Positions 22,909-35,000 of a DNA stretch of 64,000 bases are shown piece by piece (the first letter of the stretch is position 1; every line of letters begins with the position of its first letter). A model generated the notes under the pieces. The model was not told the DNA's origin, searched no databases, and worked only from the letters and a program-made list of their open reading frames with translations. Location: positions 11,284,001 to 11,348,000 of the forward strand of contig NC_092672.1 in the NCBI RefSeq assembly GCF_964355755.1, given 5' to 3'. Both the position numbers and the translations under genes were made by a program. Source of the DNA: Antedon mediterranea (lineage: Eukaryota; Animalia; Echinodermata).

Positions 22909-25835
22909 AATGGATATGAAAGGGTTCCTAGCAATATCATTTTATTGGCTCAACGTGTAGATCAATCGGTTTTAAGCTCGCCATAGTCATACTTAATGTT
23001 TTGGAGGACGACAACGCCCTCAAAACGCCCCTGAGAAACCTGTGAAAAACTTTTTGTGACGTCACTAAAAGTTATTTTTGTATTACAGAGATAGGAATTT
23101 AGGAGTAAATCATTGATTGATGCAAAAGCATGGTAGTAATTACTTATCGCTTTGATGTTTTTATTCTTGGATAAGTATGTTAGCTTAATCGAATAAAATT
23201 AATTCATATTATCAACCATGTTTTTTTTTAAACGGATTTTAATTTCGTTTTTCAAGGCCACCTTTCACGAAATTCATAGCCAAATGCCTATCTTGCTGGG
23301 TACACGGAGTTATTTTGCGCATGCGTGAGAATCACAGAGTCGATCACCTTGGCCCCTCTCTCTCGACCCTCCTCTAGATCTGGCGAGCGATGTTTATTTC
23401 GCTATTTAGTATACACGTATTATTGAAACATCATTTTATTATTATTTCGTTGTAATTAACTGAAATTGATGGAAATTCGTCCACATCGTGTGTTAACATC
23501 GTTTTGAAGAAACCGTTGGACGAGTAAATGGTGTTTACAATGCCATGGCCTGGAGCTAGCTAGGCCTAGGCTAGTAGGCCTTTTTAGTAGTGATGACTGC
23601 TAGATACGGTGTTTAGTCGCCCGGCCAGAGGTGAGCTGAGAGCGTATGCTCCTTGTTGATGTATCGTTGAGGGTGTTAATGGTAGGCACAATTGTGTTAC
23701 TGTATTATGTATATACACATTATTTATAGTACGTTTATTAATATTGTTGTATGCTGTAGTGTCCGTTTCTGACTAACGCATTATTAAAATATTTTTTTGT
23801 TATTAATTACATACCGCCCTAACTAGCTAGAGCCTAGGCTAGGCAACACTGAATACTAAATATTAGGATTCCCAATTAAAATGAATAGAGGTGGATTTTC
23901 TCTAATGTAGTAATAAAGGGTATAACAGGCCAGGCCTAGTTAGGGGTATTTGATATCATATCATATATTATTAAAAATACAGTATAAATAAACAATTCAT
24001 TTGTATTTTTACCTACCTACAGGTCTATAATTGGAGTGGAACTATGATAATTGATGGACGGGATAAGCAAATGTATTTATTGATTGGAATGGAAGCGCAA
24101 ATGAGTCAAATTATAATATTAAGGTAACAGATACTGAGCATTGCTATTTTAAACTGTTGATCAAACTTACATAATAGTAATACATTATACTAAATTATTA
24201 TTTTGTTTTGAGGGCAGATAAACATGTGCTTATTCATTTTCCTTTTTTCAGGTGAATAGAAAGATGCCCAGCGTACGTTATAATAGATGCTACTTGGATC
24301 AAGCTTGCACGATACATATGCAGTATACTAAGACACCAAGTATAGAATGAGCGCAGACAATTAAAATTACAGAACTAAATATTTATGAAGAATAGTAAAA
24401 TATGCATAATAGAATGCTTTAGACGTGAATGCTATGGTTACAGTCATACTGTAACTATGGTAATGTACTACCAGACAGTACACTAGTAGCAGTGCATCAT
24501 ATAGTGTTTGTTTTTAACCATCTAAATGGGTCTGGGTATATAATTTAAAACAAATAAACCACTACTGTACTTCTTTTTTTATTTATTTAGCCAAATACTA
24601 TGTACAATGGACATTTATGAAAGAATCTCTTGAATATGATGGAGTTGGCTGGTGTTGATAGAATTAAAATGTATCACTCAGGTCTCAAAAGTATTTTATG
24701 TCCCGTTTGGAAAATCCTGCTTGTTCCAAACTCATTATGATACATTTGTTCAATAAAATTCATTCCACACACTATTTCTGCCATATAATTTGTTGATGTT
24801 TACAATTTTATTACTAGTACTACAGGTATTACAGTTCTTCAAGCCATCTCATGTACTGTTGATTCCATAAATCTGCAAAGATAAGACCAATAAATGGTTG
24901 GAAATGTACTATTACTTTTATTCAATCCTACCTAGGCCCTATAGTATTATATTTTATGACTTGGTAAAAAACAGAAAGAGGTTATTATTTAATTACAGTA
25001 CTAATAACTAAACTATAATAATAATCCTCTCTGCCTCACCTCTGCTCTACTTTAATTATTAGTATTACTATTATTATATTACTATATTAGTCAATAACAA
25101 AATTCAGAGCCAAAAACAAGTTCAACACAAGCTTACCTTTTTTATTTACGTCGCCTTTTACATACGTCTACGCCCGCGCCTTGTCCACTTCCTGGAGGTT
25201 CGTCGGTGGACCGGCGACTACTACTCTCTGATCTTGTACTGTATGTAGGCCATGGAGTAACTCCATGTCTCCATGTGTAGGCCTAGTATAGTACTAGCAA
25301 ATTTAGAGACCTAGCCTATTTTGTAGTCTGCGTGAGTGGTTTAGTGTGAGATGTACAAATACACCCTTTCTTCTTTTCACGTACAATCTTTGCAGACATA
25401 ACTTTTTATTGATTTGTGAAATATCGATATTTTCTACGACTGCAGCAGCAACAGGGAGCTTGCAAAACATCGTGTAGAGGATGGGTTTGTTTATTTTGTT
25501 TACACCACACAGTCCGCGAACGAGACAAGGCGGTGATTGGACTGTATTAAAATTCATTAACCAATCACAAAACGACTGCTGCCGTGGCTACAACCCCGGG
25601 TGTTTCAAACTCTAAATTTGACGATCTCGTACGTGCGTATAGAACGTTCATAAAAATTAAGATGGCGTGCCAGTTGGTCGGCCATTTTGCGGACGTTTTA
25701 TACCAAAATTTTATTTGTTTATTTCTCAAGTTCTACTAGGTATTTGAATCTAATTTTTTGTGTGCTGTTTATTAACATTAAAAGGATTCATACAAAGTCA
25801 TTTTTGTGAAATTTTAAAATCCTTTCATATCCATT
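22909..25835. mobile_element. 2.9-kb non-autonomous Kolobok-like DNA transposon between the SIX6OS1-like and FARSB 5' ends
   Basis: TTAA(22905-08)|AATGGATATGAAAGG ... CCTTTCATATCCATT|TTAA(25836-39): a perfect 15-bp TIR, TTAA TSD and RR..YY ends. No transposase ORF. Confidence 0.8.
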
Positions 25836-26038
25836 TTAATGGCTGTTGGCCTTGTTTTTATTTGAGTGGCCTGGGTGCGATTTTTTTTTTCGTACATAAA
25901 ATATATAAACTAAACCTAAGGTAGAAATCCATCCAACAGAGGGCGTGCTATGAAAAGTAACTCGAGCTGTCTGCGAGCTCGTGTTGTTTTTTTCACCGGT
26001 TTTTGGTACAATCTGTTTTATTTCCATACAATATCACA

Positions 26039-29000
26039 ATGCCTACCATAAGTGTAAAGAAACATCTTTTGTTTGAAGCTCTCAGCAAAACATATAGTAA
26101 GTTTACTTTAATATTATAGGCTTAGACACTCTAGTACTTTAGTAGCAATAGCTAGGAAGGATAGGCTAGCCTAGGCCTGTAGCCTAGCTAGCTAGGCCTA
26201 GCCTAGGTAGGCCTAGGCCTAGCTAGGCTAGTCTAGGCTCTAGGCCTAGGTCTAGTTATACTACTACTCTAGTAGACCCCTCCTGGTCTGATAGCAGGAA
26301 GATTGCGCTGAGACGTTTCGGCCCGGGACGATTCGCCCCGGGCCCTTGCTTGGCCTTCAGACAATTCGGCCCGGGACGATTCGGCCCATATAGGTCTATA
26401 TTTTATCAACATTGCCATGGCCGGCAATATCAATAAAATTGTATTAAATAGTAGTTCAAACACCTAATTAAAAACTTGATAAATACTCAAAAAAATGTAT
26501 ATTAAATTAATTATTTAAAAAAAGTGAGATGTTTCAACCTAAAAAATGGGACGTTTCGGCCCACCAAAAGTCGGCTGAATCATCCTGGATTTATTTTATA
26601 TTTTAACTTTAAAAAGTAGTTAGTAGTAGTAGTTGGCCCTAGGCCTATTAACCTGCCTAGGCTAGGCCTAGTAGTACTGTAGTACTGTTAGTTGGCCCTA
26701 GGCCTATTAACCTGCCTAGGCTAGGCCTAGTAGTACTGTAGTACTGTTAGTTGGCCCTAGGCCTATTAACCTGCCTAGGCTAGGCCTAGTAGTACTGTAG
26801 TACTGTTAGTTGGCCCTAGGCCTATTAACCTGCCTAGGCTAGGCCTAGTAGTACTGTAGTACTGTTAGTTGGCCCTAGGCCTATTAACCTGCCTAGGCTA
26901 GGCCTAGTAGTACTGTAGTACTGTTAGTTGGCCCTAGGCCTATTAACCTGCATAGCCTAGGCCTAGTAGTACTGTAGTACTGTTAGTTGACAAAAACAAT
27001 ACATTCTATCATGTGCATAACACTTAAACAACAATATGCCTAGTTTAGCGAATGTTTACTAAATATATTTTTTATTTATTTTGAAAGTAAATTACACAAA
27101 ATATGTAACTTAATTTTTTTTTGGAATTTGTGCGTATTAAATTGTTAAAAATACAAATAATTCAAGATTTGATAATTTAATTGTTGCAGCTGATGATGAA
27201 TTTGCAGACTTATGTTTTGACTATGGCCTAGAGCTGGATGAAGTAGTAAGTAATACCATATTTTGGATGTCTGAATACTCATAATTCAACCTTGTCATCC
27301 AACAGATTTTCATTATAAGTGTTGCGTTTGTTTGAGCATAGAGATATCTTTAACTTTAATATCCTATGTATATCCAATCAAACCAACATCATTGAAACTG
27401 CAGCACTTGCTTATTCTGTACTTTATATGTCCAGTAATATCAAAACAAATTTTGTGTACAGTGTTGTTGTATGGTGCCTGTATTAGGTAAGGTTAGACTT
27501 ATTGCCTATGATACAGGTTTCATATGTGATACTGTATATGTGACACTCTATTACAGAATTTTCATGCCCAAAGCTTTGTACCCCTTGTCTTAGGCTCTGT
27601 CTATGCTGTCAAACGTTATGTGACAAAAAATGTGATGTTTCCATATGGACATGATGGTGTCATAGCACTACCAAATTTGTACATATTACTTCCATATTTT
27701 AGCACATTTTTTTTGTCACATCAAGTTTGATAGTTAGACAGAGCTTGAGGGTACAAATGGACATAAACAGATATAGAAACATTTCTTCACACAAATATGT
27801 GCATTTAAAATCTCTCTCCCTGCTTTCAAAAATGTTTTTTTTTCTTTTGTTCATTAGACATCTGAAAAGGAGATGTTGGCAAAAGAACAAGGAGAGAACA
27901 AAGCATCGACCTCTCTGGCTTCTGATATCATCATCTACAGAATAGATATTCCAGCTAACAGGTAAGAATGTAGGCTAAGGCCTAATAATCTATACAAATG
28001 AGGCCGATATTTGGCTTTATTGTCAATAGTTATAAAGCAGGTGGGCTATGCCATCACTACATCAGTTCTTTTGTTACATTTTCTATGCAAATGTCAGTGA
28101 GTTGCCCGGTAATGTTTTGCCATACTGTCTTTATGAAATCGTAATACGAAACTAAGGTAAAAGAATATATACATAAAATAAGACAAATTTAATGATACTG
28201 TTTTTATCTTCCAGTCAACTAAATGATTTTATCTTATTTTAGGTATGACCTACTTTGCTTAGAGGGCCTAGCCAGAGGTCTCCTTATCTTTCTGAAAAAA
28301 GCAGAAGCGCCACGATATAAAGCTTTACCGCCACCTGATGGCCAGATGCAAAGGCTTTACATCAAACCTGCTGTAAGCCATGTTTATTGTATATTCGGTG
28401 TTTGAAGCTCTGTCCACACTATAATGTGATGTGCCCATATAGGGACATGATGATGTCATATCGCTACCATATTTGGGAATATCACTACCATATTTGGGCA
28501 CATCACTACCATATTTGGGCACATCACACTAGATGTAATGTACAGAGCTTTAAGTAGCATATTGTTATTTCTTTGGGATTGATAGTATGTTTGTCATTTG
28601 TACTTTCTTTATTCTTTCATCATAATCTTTCTGAGCTCAAAAAGAAGCCTATGATTGTCTTCTTTTTTATGACTCTTGGGTGGGCTTCTTTTCAAACTAA
28701 AAAGAGAGCTATTTTTAGAAATGAATTATGTAAATTTGGTGAATTGTTACTAGTCTACAACAATGATTATATAGACATTCCCTGGCAATTTTACATATTT
28801 TCCAATGAAGCAGACAAGAATAAAGATACAAGATGGGTTTTTTTTTCAAACGAAGCCGAAACTGTATATCTATGGTAGAGGTCAAGATAGACAAGGGTTA
28901 GGTGTAGGAGAAATTTCACGACGTTAGGCAGAAAATTACAATAAAGGTTATGTAAAGAGATACAGTAATTTACCTGTAATATAATCTTTTTCACAGACAA

Positions 29001-32000
29001 AACAAGTACGCCCTCATGCTGTGGCGGCAATCCTTCGGAATGTCACCATTACCAAGGAAGTTTATGACAGTTTTATCGATTTACAAGACAAGCTTCATCA
29101 GAATATATGCAGGTTAGCCAAAATATATTTGCAATACTTACGAGTAGCTTTGCTTGGGCACTATTGAAAATACCGTACATAGTGCCTTTAAAGGGGAATA
29201 GTCTTGTTATTATTGTATCAAATGGAAACATGATTTTAATGTACTGTATTTAAATGATGGTTTTAACTATACAAAGTCATAACATTATTTAACTGACATC
29301 TTCAAAATCCTCTTTAAAAGAGGATTCAGGATAACCTTAAAGGCTTACAGTAATAGCTTATTTTTATTGGATATGTTAGTAGCATCATTCTCTCTTGGAT
29401 TCTCTATTCACATAATGGTAATCTGTTTACAGACAACTTTTAAACCTATAAAGTTGTCATTGATTGAATACGAGACAAAAATGTTACCTCTTAATTAATC
29501 ACAAAACAGCATTAATTTGCAGAAATATATATCTTGTGGTATTTTTGTGCAGAGAGTTGGTATTAGTTTACCTAAAATTTCACATTGCAATAATTTTATA
29601 ATGATGTTTTATAGGAAACGGTCTTTGGTTGCTATAGGAACGCATGATCTTGACACTATTACTGGTCCATTTTATTTTGATGTCCAGGATCCAGAAAAAA
29701 TCAAATTTTGTCCACTAAATCAGGTTAGTATTAACTACATCAAAATGGACAAATAGAAGCAAATTGACAACAATAGACACGTTTCGCGCTCGCGAGGTCA
29801 CCGTCAGTTTGGCCTTTTAGTGGGTATACAATGGTAAACAAACCCAGCGAGAGGTATGTTAAAGCACGGGAGAACTGAGAGATGATCATCTTAAAAAGCA
29901 ATCGTCAAAACTAGCCTTTTGATGGAATGGCATGGTAAGGATGTTATTTATTTTCTAAACTTATGTTTTATATTCACTGTAGAATTATTTGGGCATTTTG
30001 TTCGGAATCATCGACTTTATTTATGTATTGTCATTTTTGGTTTGACACATATTACGGTGCATTTAATACATGTTAACTGTTGATTTTATTTACAAATGTT
30101 GCGTAAATATATTAATTATTATCTTTATTTTATTTTTATTTTATTTATCAGATTTCTATAGCGCCCTTTTCATGAAAACTCATGCTCAAAGGCGCTTCAC
30201 ATCATAAAGACAAACATCATAAGCAATAATTACAAAAGTAACCTCAAATTATTCGAAATAAGATTTCTTAAACTAAGTTATAAATATTCTTACTGTACAT
30301 TAATTAAAATCGCATAAAATAGAAAAATAAAATGAACGATATACAAAATAGGTCGGAATTTCTTAAACTACGATTACAAAAATACAATTTATTTACATAT
30401 TAATTATTATTTAATTTATTTATTTTATTTATTTATTTATTTATTTTTTTTTTTTATTTAATTAAATTGATTAAAAATATTATTGCACAGTAATTGACCA
30501 AACAAATTGCAGTAGAAAAATACAAGATTACAAAAATAGGCATCAATACTATATACTATATTCAAATTGAAATCAATCATTGTTGTAGTATGACACAAAT
30601 AAGTGTGTTTTAAGTTCCCCCTTAAAAATGTTCAAGGAAGAAGCACTGCGGAGCTGGTATGGAAGAGCATTCCATAGAGTCGGCGCGGCCTTTATGAAAC
30701 ACCTTTCACCATACGATTTGGTTTTAACTCTAGGAACACATAAAGTAAAAGAATCCTGTGATCGTAATGGCCTATTTGGTTGATAAACCTTCAGCATATC
30801 ATTGATGTAAGTCGGCTCCTGATCATGCAATGCCTTGAAGGTGTGTACAAGTAACTTATACTTTATGCGTGCCTGCACCGGTAGCCAATGGAGCTCCTTT
30901 AAAATAGGTGTAATGTGGTCATATTTACAGGTTTTCGTAATTATTCGCGCTGCCGTATTCTGGACTTTTTGTAATTTATCAATAGTTGTAGTCGGCAGAC
31001 CATAAAGTAAGGCGTTACAGTAGTCCATACGAGAGATCACCAGCGACTGTATCAATGATTTCGTGGCATCATATGTTAGATGACGTCGGATATGAGAGAT
31101 GTTACGTAAGTGCATATAACACTGCCTCGAGATCGATTGTACATGTGAATCCATAGTAAGATGTTTGTCGAATATTACTTCGAGGTCTCTCACAGTCGAC
31201 GTTGGTTTTAGAACTATGTTTCCGACATTCACGTCCAAATTTATACTGGTCTTAGTGTACCGTGACGAAAAGAGTATCACTTCCGTTTTTCCTTCATTTA
31301 ATTTCAGTATGTTTTGGGTCATCCATACCTTGACATCTGAAACACATTTTTCCATCGAAATTAGAGCAGATTGTATTTCTGACTTGTCATTTGGGCGAAA
31401 AGAAACGTACATTTGCGTATCATCCGCATACAACTGGTAGCCGAGTCCGTGTCGTCGAACGATGTCTCCAATGGGCTTTGTGTACATCGAATAAAACTTT
31501 GGTCCAAGGACCGATCCTTCCGGTACTCCATATTTAAGGGGAAGTGGATTCGAACGCGCATTATTAATGAACACTGATTGATAACGATCCTTCAGATAAG
31601 ATGAAATCCATGCTAGGGCATTTCCACGTACTCCAAAATGATGATAAAGCCGTTGAAGTAGTGTCTGATGGTCGATCGTATCAAAGGCGGCTGAAAGGTC
31701 AAGTAGTATAAGCGCAGAAGCGTAACCCTTGTCTAGAGACGTGATAATGTCACTTTGGACCTTCAGAAGGGCAGTCTCCGTTGAGTGAAATTTCCTGTAT
31801 GCCGACTGATTGCACTCATGAACGCCATTAATTACAATGTGTTCTTCTAGGCTTGCGTCAACTACTTTTTCAAGGATTTTGGACATGAATGGTAAGTTAG
31901 ATACAGGTCTATAGTTCTTGAGAGTCTCCGGATCTAGGTTACGTTTCTTTATGAGAGGTTTAAGAAGCGCATGTTTAAAATCACGTGGAACGTAACCCGT

Positions 32001-35000
32001 CTGTAGTGATGCATTGACGATAGCTGTTATCAAAGGCAGAAGTTCTTCAAGGCACTCCTTCAGGAGCCATGTCGGTAGAGGATCTAATTCACATGACTTA
32101 CTCTTTGATTTTAGGATGATTGTTCGCACTTCGTCTAGAGAAACCGTCGTATATTCCACTAATGGTGTTGCATCAAACGTGGTCTCTCCAGGATCTCTCT
32201 CTTGAGCATTAACTTTGTCAACATTCGCCGATATATCATGACGAATATCTGCAATTTTAGAATTAAAGAAGGAAATAAAGTCCTCGGAGAGTTCTTTGGC
32301 GTTTCGGTAGAGTCGGGTCATCAGTTTCACCGAATAGATGTCTTGACAACTTAAATAAACATTTTTGATTTCGATCACAGGCAGCTATCTTTTCAGAATA
32401 GTAATCGATTCTAGATTTATGTAGTAGTCGATTTACGATTGAGCACTGACCACGATAGTGTTGATGATCGACTGCGAGTTTGGTCTTGCGCCATTTGCGC
32501 TCTAATTTCCGTCGAAGATGCTTGGCTTTGTGGAGATGATCAGTGTACCAAGGACAATTAGGTCTCTGCACGATAACCTTAGTACGTAAAGGTGCATGTT
32601 TGTCAATTAATGATCGCAATGAAATATCATATGTGGACAACAGTTCATCGACAGGATTTAATAACGATGTCGAAGAGACGAATGACTGGATATCTTTCCG
32701 AAACGTATCAACATCGATGGCTCGTAACTTGCGGAAGGTAACCTTCTTATAGATCGGACTAGGTTTCGCTATAGCTGTTCTAAAATGAACGGCAAGGTGA
32801 TCACAAGTCATTTTCCCACTTTCATCAGAAAGGCCTGGATCAGTTACTGAGATATTAGATACCATACAGCTTGTATCCCTAACAATAACTACATCCAATG
32901 TGTGACCATGGTTGTGTGTCGGGTCCTTCACAAGTTGTTTTAGACCATGCGACTCAAGAATATCAACAAAACGCTGAGAGTTACGATCTTCCGCGACATC
33001 TAAATGGAAATTAAGATCTCCTAGAATTAGAATGTCTTTTGGAATTGTTACATACGAGGAGAGAAACGTAGACCATTCATCGAAAAAAATCACTGATCTT
33101 TAGGCCGTTTACAGTAGATGGTGGCGGACGATAAACAGTGGCAACGCGCAATATCACACCATCTATATCAACATCACAGTCCATGTATTCAAATTGAGTA
33201 AATCCTCTATCTTTGCTGGAACGTACAATTTTGGTTTTTATTGATGTTTTTCCCAGCCAAGTTTCAGTTATAGATAAAATGTCGAGATCATTAGTTGATA
33301 TAAAATCATTGATAGATAGAGTTTTATTCTTGACTGACCGTGCGTTGAAACAACATACATTAAGCTGTTGTTTAATTGGAATGTTCTTATTTACTTGACA
33401 TTTCACAATGACACGGTTACGTTCATTCATATACGTCGGATAGTGTTCGTTAAAATGTGCTTTAGTTCTTTTAGTTATTCTCACGGATATCCTTCTTTTC
33501 ATTTTGCAACCAGCTTTGGTCCCGCGAACTGTAGGGACTGTTCGGCATATACCAAAGGCCTTCATTGTTCTATACAGTTTACTAGGCACAGGTGTAACCG
33601 TAGCTGGCCGGCATAACTGCATGAGTGCGTGACTAGAATACCTAAGCATAGTTAGTTAGGCTTACCGTTACTCGAATTAAGATTTTCAAAAGCAAGTAAA
33701 ATCCACCTTCCTGTTACAAATTAAATAGCGCTACAATATTTGGTAACAACTATCATCATCTGTACAAACTATCTACTTTATTTCGTCGTCTTATGAAATT
33801 CTATTACATATAGATTTCATTCCTTTTCATGCTCCTATTGCATCTTCCATGTATTATGTGATGTTCTTCGGCGCTTAAACAGACACCCAAGCCTCCTAGG
33901 CCTAGTAGACGAAGTACCGCATCAGGCAACGCCACCGGGCGGGAGGAGAGACACGAGCACATCGTGGACGTACCTTTCTTTGAAAAATTTCCAAGATTTT
34001 GCGCCACTATCCTTCGGAGCCGACGCAAACCACTCAGCAAGTGTTTGAAAATTAAAAACAGGAATATTATTCGGTGATTTTGTGTAGTTAAATTCACGAT
34101 TTATCCAACATATACAACATTTATGATGCACCTTGCAACAAAAGCACTCGGCAGTCGCCATTTCACTATGCTTCAACACGCACTAGAGGCGAGAGGTGTT
34201 CGGTTTGTTTACAAATCTATACCCACTATTTCTGATTGGTCGCGAGCGCGAAACGTGTCTATTGAGAAAAAAAACCATATAGATAAATAAAATAAAATCA
34301 ATAAAAAAAATATTGTAATATAATAATAGTTAGTGTATAGCACATTTTCTCAGTCCCTAAATTCCAATTATTTGCAAACTTTTATTTTGTGATTTTTTTT
34401 TTGTTCTATAATTTGGCGAACAAAAATTGTTGATGCATTTTGTTTTCAACAAATTAAAACATTCTGTCCATTCAATATACATTCAATTCATATTTGTTTC
34501 ATTTACATACCCACTGTCCTAAATTTGTATTCTTTTTATCTGCTGCTTCCATTTTGAATTAAGTTTCGAGGGCTAAGCAAAAGAAAAAATCATTGATTAC
34601 AGACAAATTCTTTCATAAAAGTGGTACCTATTTGATATTTTTTAGGCAATTGAGTTTACAGCAGCTGCTCAGATGGAACTGTTCTCACATGACAGCCATC
34701 TACGTCATTACCTACCAATAATTCGTGATAAACCAGTATATCCTGTTATCTATGATAGCAACAACATTGTTTTGTCTATGCCTCCTATTATTAATGGTAA
34801 GTATGAATCTATAAACTAGGTTTCAACGATCTTCTTAAATCACTCTTAAGCTCTGTCCACACTATCAAAAAAGTGTGATGTGCCCAGACAGAGCTTTAGA
34901 CTCATTCCTTTGGGGTGTCTAGAAAACTCAGATCTCAGATATATCTGAGTTTTCTAGATCTAGAAAATAGATAGATCAATATAGATCAATATAGATCTTG

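Noticed and set aside
25303-26463. Short ORFs 25303-25557, 25836-26027 and 26269-26463
   Set aside because: They fall in transposon, promoter or intronic repeat sequence and have no recognisable protein features.
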